64,000 nucleotides of DNA from Dicyema japonicum (Eukaryota; Animalia; Dicyemida): contig RDEW01000016.1 of assembly GCA_011109175.1 (NCBI GenBank), positions 9,743 to 73,742 on the forward strand, given 5' to 3'. Under the pieces are notes generated by a model that made no database searches, was not told the DNA's origin, and was given only the letters and a program-made list of their open reading frames with translations. Below, in pieces: positions 38,710-50,724 of the stretch (position 1 is its first letter; every line of letters starts with the position of its first letter). A program made the position numbers and the translations under genes.

Positions 38710-39235
38710 CTAACAATTCTGCAATTAAGCATTAATGGGATCTTTCGAAAAAGAGACGAGTTTATGGAATTTTTATCTTCGCACGACGTGGACATTGAAT
38801 TAATGCAGGAAAACAAACGCTCCACATTTCTACTTAATACCTATTGGAGATCATCTCATTGCAGATAACACTCAACAACATGACGTGCATCAACCTATAT
38901 ATTCCCCCACCTTCAAGTTGCTCAAAAGGATAAATGACCCCTCATGGATCTCTTCCTTTAAGAACATAATCTTGTGCTGGTCTTTAATTCCAGTAATACT
39001 CTGTGGTCTGTCGACCGGAAACTGGATCAATGAGAAGAGTATATCTCGTCTCTGATTGAAATCCTCATTGTTCGTCACACACGTACAGCTATACGACCAG
39101 ACGAATCCATCACATGTTCTTCTACAATGCAAGATTGTGCGATCTATGGGAGCGACCGGCATTTACTGCGTACTACTTAACAGTCGCTGGTCTTTTACAA
39201 GTTAGTAAGGCTTGGGATACGTAACTAACTAAGGA
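38710..39235 (+). mobile_element. Internally deleted Ingi/I-like LINE (APE start fused to 3' end)
   Basis: LTILQLSINGI..RDEF..FL..HDVDI.LMQE; ends DLWERP..YL.VAGLL followed by TAACTAACTAA. Confidence 0.6.
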
Positions 39236-39448
39236 TTGCCACATAATAGGCAATAAATATCCACAATTCCTTCATTAATTTGGTTATAACGTTTTACAAA
39301 GATATTTATCTCCGATTATGACATGAAGTCTTAAAAATATTGTTCCTTCATGTTCCAACATGAGAGAATTTAGAATGATACCTCACAACATGGGTTTGAT
39401 CATTGTCATTTTAGATGGACAACTGTCAACACTGAATTATTAGAAATA

Positions 39449-40300
39449 CAGTAAAATCTCTAGAATCCGCCAATTATAACTAATAGATTCTCTAATCCGC
39501 CATTTTTTCTAACAAAATTTCTCGAATCCACTTGTTTCTCAATTATAAAAAATTTTATAGATAAATAATTAACTTATTAACACTTTGTCATTATTTATTG
39601 TTTTTTTCATGAAACGTAACTTTACACGATTAAAAAATAAACAAAAAATTGCTATTTTAAAGTTTATTGAATCGAATACAGATCCTTGATAAAAACTTCA
39701 AAAATAAAATCAATCTCTACTGAGCTCAAAATGTATATAATGCCGACGAAACTAATTTTTTTACGAAAAGATACCGTCCATAGCCGAATTTTTAATCAAT
39801 TTCTTTTGAAATGGGAAATTGAATTGGGGGAGCATAACAGAAATTTTTGCTTGTTGTAGATAAATGTCCTGCACATAAGGTGAATCTTATTAGGTTTTGG
39901 TTGAATTAAATAAAATCGAAATAATATTTCTACCAGCGAATACAACGTCGTTTTTGCAACCACTGGATCAGGGTATAATCAAATCGTACAAGTGCAATTT
40001 CATAACAAAATTTCATCTGATCCCAGCTTTCCTCAACAGTCTCCGCATAATTTCTCGGTGTTCCGATTGCGTTCCTGCGCATTCTCTGACTATAATCAAG
40101 AAAAATTCTTTGATGCCGAAATCTTGAGTCTATTGAAAAACTTGGATCCTCAATGATCCTAACTCTAAAAAGAAACAAATCAAAACTTACTTATTTTTTG
40201 CTTATAAATATTTTTTTATTTACATTTTTGTTGGATGAAAAAATCGAATCCGCCAGATTTTGTCGATCCCCGAAATTGGCGGATTCGAGAGACTTTACTG
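39449..40300 (+). mobile_element. pogo/Tigger (Tc1-mariner superfamily) internally deleted element
   Basis: TA-flanked TIRs CAGTAAAATCTCTAGAATCCGCCAA / TTGGCGGATTCGAGAGACTTTACTG; DDE fragment VDKCPAH..IIFLPANTTSFLQPLDQGII; family C piece nested at 40015-40130. Confidence 0.9.
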
Positions 40301-41242
40301 TATTAATATAAGATTCCAATAAATTGCTTTGTAGTTCATTGGATAGGTTGCTTCCAAGCATCTTTCAATTAATATTATATTTCTATCAAACTTTTAGTTA
40401 TTTTTACTTCATTAAAATTTTTACGACAACTTCCCCTTCTGAAAAAATTCTGGTAATATTTTACTAAGCATTAGTGACTTTATTGATCTTAAAGCAGTTG
40501 GAATGAGAAAATCAGATTTTTTGACTTTCGCACTAGCTTTTATAGAAAAATATTTTTAATTGGTTGTTTCGAATTGCATAGTTGATTTAATTCCCCGTCG
40601 ACATAATTAATGCAGCTTCTCGCGATATCAGAGATCAATTGGAAGTACTCATTTGATGACAGATCTCTACCATTAAAACCTTAAGGATCATTTAGCCCAT
40701 TTTGGTGTTACATTTAGAGAATGCACAAAAACAATACTGTTTTACGGACAAGTGGAGACCAATTTTCTATTTCCACTAAATAGATTTATCAATGGTTTCT
40801 ATTCCGCTAAATAGATTTTTTCACAATCTAAAGTCAAGTCATTTCCAAAATAGATGGGCAAGCCTAGGTAGTCATATATACGGATCTATCCTCTAATCTA
40901 ATATCAGTTGCGATTTCCTATTTGTCAGTCAATTGGTTAATTGCGGTGGTATCGTACCTCTATTGCACAGAATGTCCACCTGGTCTAATGGTAGATGAAA
41001 GTCTTCGTATTCATTCATCCTGTGAGCATGGACTAGGTGACAGACTCGGAGACATCAGAACTCTAAGTTCCGAACAAAGGAAGAGTATGATACTCCAACA
41101 TCAGGATTCGGATGCCCCTGGAAGATCATCTGTCAGAAGCTGCATACATCGAAGATCGTTAATGACTCCAATAATAGTATCTCCCACCCTAGCAGACTGA
41201 AACCGAGTACAAAAATTAAAACATTTAAGAAATCAAGAATAA

Positions 41243-42371
41243 TCAAGAATAGTACCAAATATGATCCTCAAGTATTCTCCGCGCATGCTTAATTTCCGAA
41301 TCAGAGCCGCTAATCGTGGCAATGACCTCATCTCTAATGGTGGAATCCGTGACAATCACATCAGCTCCTGATTCTTTCCTCATCCTTGCCAGTCTTTTCC
41401 CATCATTTCCAAACGCAGCGTTCGACAAATCAAAGGGAATAGCAATCTTCATTATCGTATACGAATATTCATCCTCATGTCGCCTCTTTTTGGGTTTCCT
41501 CATTTCTACATCCTCCTTGTGAATCTTGGGGACTCTACATAACTCGATAAAATACCTATTATGACCGAATCCTTCTTTGTAGTCCCAGCCGAGGTACTCC
41601 TCGGCATCCACGGTTTGGTGGACTTCGGGGGAATAAGTCCTTTCGGGTCCCTTAATAGGATTCTGTACAATATCAATCGAAAAAGACATTGATTAAATGA
41701 GAATGAATGATCGGGATGGCCATCGAGATCTGATCCACGGTACCCTTAAGGCTGATCACACGCTCAGTCGAATTTGGGCAGTTTATCTTGGCGATCTTGA
41801 CCTCACAATTAGAATTCTGTTATATTTATATTTTGAAACCAAGTTCACTTTCCCCAAAAACTCCGAAGTGAAGGACTCCACCTGGCTTTCGTGAATAAGA
41901 GGTTTTATTTCAACGAGAGAGTTGTGGCCTCTGTACTAATGATAACCTTAATGGAATACGTCCTTGAGCCATTCGATTATTTTAGACATACAGCTGCCAA
42001 GAGACTGGTTCTTTGAGGAGATGACAAGGATTCTGTAATAAGAAATCCAATAACCGCTCAGGAGACTTGCCTTCAGGAATAGTGATTTGGGCGTCACACT
42101 GGGAAATAGCAAATAAATCTGACCTCCTTTTCTAAGCGGTGGATATTTTCCCCCCGAACGCCAATGACTGCCCCTGCGTTCTAAGAAAAATAAAAGCCCA
42201 GTAATACTCTAGATTGTATGAGGAAACGCATTGAGAACTTTTCAGAACGATTCTTACCTCTGTTAGATGACTTGGATGAATTGGATGCTTTGCTTTCATT
42301 ACATTTTTGTGAGGGAACATTCTCCTGATTTTCAGTATCTAACATAATTAAGAAAATGGCACACCAGACAT
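41243..42371 (-). CDS. HNRNPK: hnRNP K-like triple-KH RNA-binding protein
   Basis: KH1 MRFLIQSRNAGAVIGVRGENI..PERIL; KH2 LIHESQ..CPNSTERVI; NPIKG..Y linker; KH3 IAIPFDL..FGNDG.RL.RMRKESGA..ISGS..I..A. Confidence 0.87.
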
Positions 42372-43879
42372 GACTAAAGCAATTTTTTATTTTAAATTAA
42401 TTATAAATATTCTATAATATAAAATAAATTAATTTATTAATTCCAGAGTTTAAAAGTGAATGAAGATATTCAATAATGCGAATTTTCAACGCCAAATATG
42501 TCGTTGTATATTGTTGCTGTGGTGATGTCGACCAAATAAACACTAGATGACTTATATGGCTAACATTTTCCAGTAATCAAACTGCCATTGGACCACTGTG
42601 CCTACGTTATCATTGCTTTCTATAATTTTTAAGTTTAATCTCATAATTCAGGAAGATTATTTTGATTACTCTGACGGATCGGGAATAAGCAATAAATCGG
42701 CTTACCTAGAACTTTTGAATTTTATTTATCCGATAAACCCAGATGGTGCAGTTTTATAAGTCTCGGGCAAAGTCCTGATGACCTCTGGTTTTCTGTACAT
42801 TCTGGGTAAGGATTCTATTGGCATGACGAGTGGCGCCGTAATCAGTGGATGTTTTACTGCGAAACCGGATTAATAGGACTCCCATCCAACAAAAAGAAAT
42901 TTGACAAATTTTTCATAACTTCAATTGGGATGAAACCCTTCGTCATCCTCCGATTTGATTTGACCAAATGGTATACTCTGGGGACATATGAAACTAGAAG
43001 ATATATAAGAAAGCGTCAGGTGCTTAAATTTTCTATCTGATCATTTCCAGCCAAAATTTGAAGAGATTTAAATGATCCGTTTCATTTAGTAACCCTCGAT
43101 TCTTTAAGTGAAAGTTTAGAAATGAACTTGTACTTGACAATTACCAGTCGAAGATTTTTTTAATTCCACATGTCGGTAATAATAATTCCCATATCTTATA
43201 GTCAATAGAAATATTCAATGGGGGAGACTGACGTTTAATGTGGCTATTAGTGATTCACGTTAAAGTTTTTAAGAGCGAGAAATCACCATTAAATTAAGAA
43301 GGAATGCGGCCATTAGGTGATCATGGCCTCTTTATATGTTCTCTAGATTCCATGCAGTCTTTGTATTCTCCTTGAATAGGAAGGGGCTCGCGTGAGATGG
43401 ACTGATCTCCAGTTTTCCTTACTAGGGTCTAAAGGGGGTGGAGTATTAGAGTTCGGATCTCATTAAAATTTATTTAGAGTTCCAGTAACTAAAGACTGAA
43501 GTCCTTGATCTATTTGGATGTTCTTTGTGGGTTCGCTCTCCACAAAAGGCATGCGTAACCGATGCTCGACTAATCCAAAGACCAAGGGTAAAATCAAACT
43601 AACTAATACCACGAGCCGTCATCCAAGCATAGTAATGCAAAGGAAATTGTCAGGAAGATTACGTCGTTGCCAGAACTCGTCGCCAGGGAGAGAAATAGTC
43701 ACCCGGTGGAATAAAAAGATTGATCCTTCTTGAATTCCGGCCAGTCATTGGACGTCTAATGAGTAAGGCGGATCCGATGATGTCACCAGAATGAAGAAAA
43801 AAAATCTTTGATCAAATATCCACATGGCACCACATGAATCTTTTTTATACTATCTATTTTTTATTATAAAAGACAATTA

Positions 43880-44235
43880 TTCAACAAAGAAACAAATGTT
43901 AGTTGAGGAAGCCGGCTGCGTTGATCGCAAACGAGTTCCCTCGGAGTATGGCCATTCCAATCTTTCTTAGCCAGAACCCTTCTCGTTTATCCCTTTTCTT
44001 TCTGGCAACTATTCTTTCAAGTTTGGGCAAGAACTCAGCCGTCATTGTACCAACGGCTCATGATGACTTGACCGCAACAGGAGTAAATCGGTACCGGTCC
44101 CCGAGGCAAGAATATTTCTTGATTTTTAGGTTTTCCGAGGTTAAAGCAGCTGCTCCAGGTGTCTGAAGCCGATTTGAAAAGGTTCGTTCTTGAATATGTG
44201 TCAACACAAGTTGCGTACCGGTCCAACTGTCTATT
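43880..44235 (-). mobile_element. CRE 3' fragment
   Basis: ATCVDTYS..AAAL.SE..K...VPIYSC/AVKSS..KRDKREGFWLRKIGMAILRGNS. Confidence 0.8.
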
Positions 44236-44309
44236 TATTATTATTAGCACTTTCACGAGAACCATAATATTTATAGCCCCACATGTGCAGCAAAAAATAT
44301 AAGAGAATT

Positions 44310-47240
44310 AGTTAGGTTGCTCCAAGCTCTTCTGTTTTTTGCTAAGTCCCTCAGTGAGTCCAGATCGTCACCAGATGCCAATGTTTTCTTCACGGCTTAC
44401 AGATCGTTTTGTAGAACGACCGTGAGGGTAGTTCTCGGTCTTCCGAGAGCGTTTTACATTGGAGGAGTAGTAATCTTCCATTGCGATATTCGGAGGGGAT
44501 ATCGGGTCCAACCTCAGGACGTGTCCAAAAAGTCTCCAACGAGAGCTAATGATCTCGTGGCTTAATGGTGTAAAGTCACACTTATTGTACACTCCATTCC
44601 GCGAGATCTTGGATGGCTAGGACATTCCAGTTATGTTTCTTAGATGATTCCTGTGAAATGGGTCTAGCCTCTCCAATTTTTCTTTAGAGGTGGCCCGGGT
44701 CCCAGAGTTGTATTGTAGGATTGGTTCGATAAAGGTGTCGATAAAATAATCCTTTGTTTTATGTTATACCCTTTCCGTTTTAGCCTATGATTTTTTAGCC
44801 TATGTAATGCCGCATTTGCCAATGTTTTTCTCCGTATGATGTCTTCGCTATCTCCTAGTAGAGAGTTAAGTTTCTTTATGTGTCTCCATTTTTCTTCGGT
44901 GATTGTTCATTCGTCTTATCTCTGTCCGTTATGTTTTTTCCCTGTTCACGGTGAAAACCATTTCACAAGTATATCTGGTGCTTTTTCTAGTACATGCTCC
45001 AGGAGTTCTTTGTCTTAGAAATTAGGTCGACATCATCTGCATAAATCACTTCTTCTATTTTTCCTTGGTATAATGGTCTCAGTTCCCTCATAGCGGCCTC
45101 CAAGTATATTGTGAATAGTAGGGGAGAAAGGGAGTCTCCTTGAGGAGTGCCTGTGTTTGTTTCAAATTTTCTTGAGTAGGTTTTTCCAACTCTCACAAGG
45201 AACTCTGTGTTAGATAGACAGATTTGAATCACTCTTAGACTCGATTCGGCAATAAACCCTTCCAGCACTGTCATCAATTTGTTACTGTTAACCGAGTCAA
45301 AGGCTTTTGATAGATCTATTCCCAGAATGTGGGTAGCATTGCAATATCTTTGATGTTTTGCACATCTCCATATGACTCCAGACTGCATCAGCTGCTTATC
45401 TTCCTTCTCTGAATCCACTTTGACTTTCGGGTAGGTATTCATAAACGGGTCCTTTTATTCGTTACAATACAATGTTAGCTAAGACATTCCGTAAAGAATT
45501 TGATAATATAATAGGTCGTAAGTTTTCAGCCGGTCCTTTGGGTTTATTGGATTTTTGTATAGGTATTAGTAATCCCGTTCCCAGGGGCAAAGTTGAGTTA
45601 GTTGAAAACATTTCATTCAGTAGTGTAGCGATTTTTTCAAAAAGGGGGTCAGGGCCGTATTTCAGTCATTCTGGGTTTATCGTATCTGGTCCAGGGTTTC
45701 TGTTATTTTTTAGTTTTTGACATGCTGTTTTTACTTCCAATATTGAAATTGGTTCTTTTAACGGTCTAAGCTTTCCTTTGAATAGGGGGATTGCTGTAGT
45801 CACATTAAAAAGTTTCTCAAAATGTGTTGCAAACACCTCCGCTTGCTCTTCAGTATTCAGTAATGTCTTGTCATTTTTGTCTTTGATGATTATTCGTTTC
45901 TTCCGGTTTGTGTGGCGTAGTAAACAAGCGGCCATATACCTTTGTCAATTATCTTTTAGTTTGAATACCTCATTGATTTTGCGAAGTAGTTCTTCTTTGT
46001 GGAGTGTCTTGTTCAGTCTCCTGATTTTTCTACGGATTTGGTCTCTCTGTCCCTGAAGGACTTTTCTCTTGTTATAGTCTTTTTTGTATGTATTTCTTTT
46101 AACTTTTTTGATAACTCATTTACTAGTTCTGTATCTATCGTCCGGCCCTACGGACCATCTCCCGCGTGCCGAGGTACTGGCTTGCTGCTTCGTTTATTAT
46201 ATACTTTGTGTGATCCCACGAAATTCCTACTGTTTGGTTTTTCAGATTAGAGCAGATGTATTTTTGGTAATTTTTGACTGTGTTTGGATGAGAGATCAGT
46301 TTTCTCGTTGCGTATCCATTTCTTGTATTCTCATTATTATTGTTTGTAATGTTATTATGTTTTTTATGTTTGATACCATGTTTCGCCAGGCTGAATGTGA
46401 CAATAACCATTCTGTGATCGCTGACAGTTGTTGAACCTTCGTATGAGCGTGCGTTTGTCATTAATCCGGCATATAATGATCAATTTGGTTGTATATGGGA
46501 CTAGTTTTCCATCTGGGTTTCTTCGTTCGCCATCCAGGTGGTTATGTGGCATGCACGATGAGAGAATGCGGTGTTGCACACAAACAGTTTGTTTGCCGTG
46601 CAGAAATAGCCAAGTATGGTCCCAGGCAAGTTTCTTTTCCCACGTCCGTGTCTTCCCATGAAGGTATCTTCTGAGTTCTTTTTTGTTCCGATTTTCGCAT
46701 TCAGATTGCCAACAATGAATATAAGTGGGACGACTCATATTCATTAGACGTCTTTGATAATGCTGAGTAGAATTCATCCAATTCGGTCGGGTTTTTTGCC
46801 ACTCTTCCACAGTGTGGTGCATATACATTTATAATTGTTAGTGTATTTTAGGGGAACATTAATTGTTCAAGTGGATCTGTATTACGCAGATCCTGTCATT
46901 CACCCGCCAAATGCGACTGATGTCAGATGATAGTTTTCTGTGAATGGCGAATCCAAGACCATAGTGTTTTGAGCCACTGGTAGGCATATTAGTCGATATC
47001 TTCCGTGGTTTTCATCGAGATAGTACGTAATTTTCGTATCTTGTATACAGCCAATAGAAACGTTATATCTTTCTAGGTCATCACAGAGAGTATTTCTTGA
47101 CTGAGGCTTAGATATTCCTCTAGCATTGAACGTAAGAAACTTTAGGGCAAGCATATTCTTTTGTATCTTCTGCTTTCTAGACATTTTTCTTAACCGTTGT
47201 ACATTAGAGAAACGAGGCACGTCACCACCCACCAAAAACT
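44310..47240 (-). mobile_element. APE-type LINE (RTE-like), near full length, multiply frameshifted
   Basis: EN motifs FLTFNARGI..CIQDT, YAPH, SDH; RT motifs IDLSKAFDSV, GTPQGDSLSPLLF, YADD, RWRLFGHVLR; 3' end ..GGAGCAA-CCTAACTAA. Confidence 0.88.
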
Positions 47241-47614
47241 GTATATTTGAAAAGTTTAAAAAATTTAAATTAATAGCTAACTTTAATTTGTCGATTAAAT
47301 CTATTTAAATATAAATAATTAACACATCCTTGGTATAAACAAGGTTCAGGAGCATATTTCGCCTATTGTTGACGGAAACGAAGCTTCCCTACTACGAGAA
47401 GTTCTCGTCCACTTGGCGGCCTACGTCGTGGTCATCACTTGAGTTTACATTCATATATGTACAGGATCAGACAATCGTCCTCTCCACCATGCGCATCATG
47501 CCTTTTTAAAGACCAGAAGACGTCCTCTCTTCACTCCCGCGTACACCTACTAGTTCTCTTCAGAACCAAATATGCCTGTCGGATCTCTGAGAGCGTCCGC
47601 TCTTGGCTGTTTAA

Positions 47615-47835
47615 TTTATTAATGTTCCTTTTTCGTGTCAGGCAGACACTGGGCGCCACCTAGACAGGTAGATCACATGACGCCACTCTAATAGAAAAGA
47701 AAAGAAGAGGAACAGAAAAAACAATCAGAAAACCTCAACCAATTAACCACGTAGCACCACATGGCGCCGAGGTATTGGCTGTAACGTTTTTGTTAGCTAC
47801 CATTTTCTTTCACTTGAAGACCGGTGGTAAATAAA
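47615..47835 (-). repeat. Family A 5' portion including the conserved head motif
   Basis: Reverse complement matches 25381-25540; head CTTCAAGTGAAAGAAAATGGTAGCTAACAAAAA. Confidence 0.7.
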
Positions 47836-47878
47836 TAAAATAAATAATTAGCAAATAAATTTAGTTTTTATAACTGTA

Positions 47879-48890
47879 ATGTTTTCAATTAGTCGGGTGT
47901 TTAGTCGTCGTATGACAAGTAGTTTCATTTTTTATTGAATAGCACAGTACAACTGCTGTTAACAAAAATTGTCGGGAAAGATAACAATATTGGCTACATC
48001 CAAATGAATCGGCCCAAGGCACTAAACGCATTATGTGATGAAATGATGGCTGAGATTGATAATTGCTTGACTCAATACAACAACGACGAACAAATAAAGT
48101 GCATAATTCTCACCGGAAATGAAAAAGCCTTCGCAGGTAAAGCCAAGTCATCAATATTTTCCGTTAGCTGGCGCAGACATCAGTGAAATGCATGAGCGTA
48201 CATATTCTGGGAGTTATAATCAGAATAAGTTTGATGACTGGTCTTCCATTCACAAGTGTCGTCTACCCATAATCGCTGCTGTCCAGGGATATGCGGTTTA
48301 AATTATTTTTTATGTTCAGCTAGGGGGTGGGTGTGAAGTCGCCATGTCTTGTGATATGATCTATGCATCTGAAAGCGCAAAGTTCGGGCAACCTGAGATC
48401 AAACTTGGAACAATTCCTGGTAATTAGCTGAGATCTCCCATTATCGTATTGTAGGTGGTGGAGGTACACAAAATCTAATTCGAGCTGTCGGAAAGTTTAA
48501 GGCAATGGAAATGATTTTGACTGGAAACGTGATTACTGCACAAGAAGCTAAAAACTGGGGTACTTCTAGATGTGAACTTGTAGGATTGGTCTGCGATGTT
48601 CTTCCTAACGATAAAATAGTTGAGGAAGTCATCAAGGTTGCGGAAAAAATCGCTAGTTATTCGCGGATTTCCACGATGTTGTGTAAAGACGCCGTAAAGT
48701 CGTGTTTGTTGTGTGACCTTACATTTATAGCTCAGGAGATGACTTTGAGTCAAGGTTTAGCCTATGAACGAAGGTTATTTTGGTCTACGTTTGCCTTGGT
48801 TTAACTGTCGTCTGATTGCTTTAGAATGACAGGAAGGAAGGGATGAGTGCTTTTCTCGAGAAAAGAAGCCCAAATTTCACAAACAACTAA
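47879..48890 (+). CDS. ECHS1: Mitochondrial short-chain enoyl-CoA hydratase
   Basis: [66 protein letters not shown]; introns 24-35 nt; N-terminal presequence-like segment. Confidence 0.95.
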
Positions 48891-49323
48891 GGGTTAACCG
48901 GATCTTTCGTTATGACTAATCACTAACCTATAAAATCTGAATTATTTGTGTTGAGATATTTTGTAGTACTCCACTCTCACTAACATGGAGGGCTATGGGC
49001 TTCATCATTACGGTACAGCATCCGTTGGGAGCCAGAACTATGTAACTCCTTTACAGAAAAGTTGGGGAAACCAAAGAACTTTTTTATACCTCCTGAATCG
49101 TCACCGAGTCTCTCGTGAAAAAAAGTGGATATCTCATAAATAATAATCAAGGTTCAAATCCCACAGCGTTAGCTATTGGTCGAAGGATTCCGTTCTGCTC
49201 TTAGCCTTCTTCAATTCCTCAGAGGCTTCATAGATCCACCTAACTCGTAAGTCATCAGCAATTGGTATATCAAAGCGAACACTAAAAATAGTTAAAATTA
49301 TCAATATCAAATGTAAATGCCAA

Positions 49324-50011
49324 TTATTTTTTATCCAAGGAGAGGTCCCTATCGACAGTTTCCTTATCGAACGTAATCACAAAGGTTGTACCACCATTAT
49401 GCCAATGAGCAGAGACCGAGGCATTCTTCAATGAGAATTACTATTACAAAGCCAAAGCATACAAGAAATGCCTCAACAATCCCGGCTTGAAAAGAGGCAC
49501 AGTTTGGACTCCCTAATTCTCAATTATCCTAAAAACCTGTTTTCTTGGATAGGAGACAAATTTGTTAACCAACGGGGTCTTCTCGATCATATAATCTGAA
49601 ATATTTCAGCAAGACTACAAATTTGGTTGTTGTCTGTTTTATCAAGCTGGTCAGCCTCGTTTCCAAATAAACGCTAATAATTAAAGATTTAACACAAACT
49701 TTCCAAATCGTGCCCTTTAGGTAAATGAGGACTTGAAGAATTCGTGTATCGTGCTTGTAAGACTTTTCGAGAGAAACCATTGTGTTGTTGATCATTCTTT
49801 CGCCGATTTTGAAGCCCAGGTTGGATAATCTAGCATATTTCACCGAAGTAACTTTTCTTGGAAAGAACTCACTGAAGTTTCCCTTTCCTGATAATATCTA
49901 ACAATTTCAATAAATAGGAAATAAAAAGCGCTTTCATTTATCTTTAATTTGAGAAAATAATTTAACCCCACAAAGATTTTTCGTACTATCTTTTCGTTTA
50001 CTAAGAATCAT
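49324..50011 (-). CDS. TRAPPC5: TRAPP complex subunit 5 (Trs31)
   Basis: SAFYFLFIEIV, L.NLG..IG, IYLKGTIWK, PLVNKFVSYP, NCASFQAGIVEAFL..GF.A.VSAHWHNGTT. One junction (49513-49536) is off by 1 nt. Confidence 0.88.
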
Positions 50012-50474
50012 ACAACACTAAGTTCTGATATTTAAATGAATATATATAATTTTTTTAATTTCAATATTTAAATTAATAATAAAGTTCAATAAAATATTTT
50101 TTAATTTTATTAAAATGGGCTGCACTGAAAGAGAAGTAAACAACTAATTAATACACTGTTTCCATGCTGCTAGCCATTGAAGACAAGTCCTCCAAACGCA
50201 AATTCATGCCACAGCTGTGGGAGCCTCTAAAGGAATTACCATCGGAGTGGGAGTCCAGATAATACTTTTTATGTATTCATGAGCATCTCCTTAAACAGGT
50301 TAATCAAATAACACCGCGCTAATGAAGGGAGGAAGAAAATGAGAACTTTCGACTGAGTGACTAACTGGGTAACTAACCTAATGACTACAAAGACTAAAAA
50401 TCACGGTACCTGGTCAAAATTTTGGTGACTTAGTTAACGATCATGAAAGCGCAACAAACACAAAAATAAAATTA

Positions 50475-50702
50475 TCATTAACTGCCCCCAAGGCCACATC
50501 GCCACTTGTACAATTGAACCCACGGAACATCGCTTTAGGTATGACATCCTAGCCACTAAATGAATTTATTATTAACTACCCCCAAGGCCACATAACCAGC
50601 GGGGAATCGAACCCACGGAACATCGCTTTAGGTATGATATCCTATCCATAATTGAGATTATTATTAACTACCCCAAGGCCACATAACCAGCGGGGGAATC
50701 GT
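50475..50702 (-). mobile_element. Tandem array (about 2.5 units of about 92 nt) of a tRNA-derived SINE-like unit
   Basis: Unit TAGTGGCTAGGAT...CCGTGGGTTCGATTCCCCGC-GGTTATGTGGCCTTGGGGTAGT-TAATAATAA: D-loop-like sequence, B-box and (TAA)n tail. Confidence 0.7.
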
Positions 50703-50724
50703 TGCCTGTTCAATCAAATAAACA

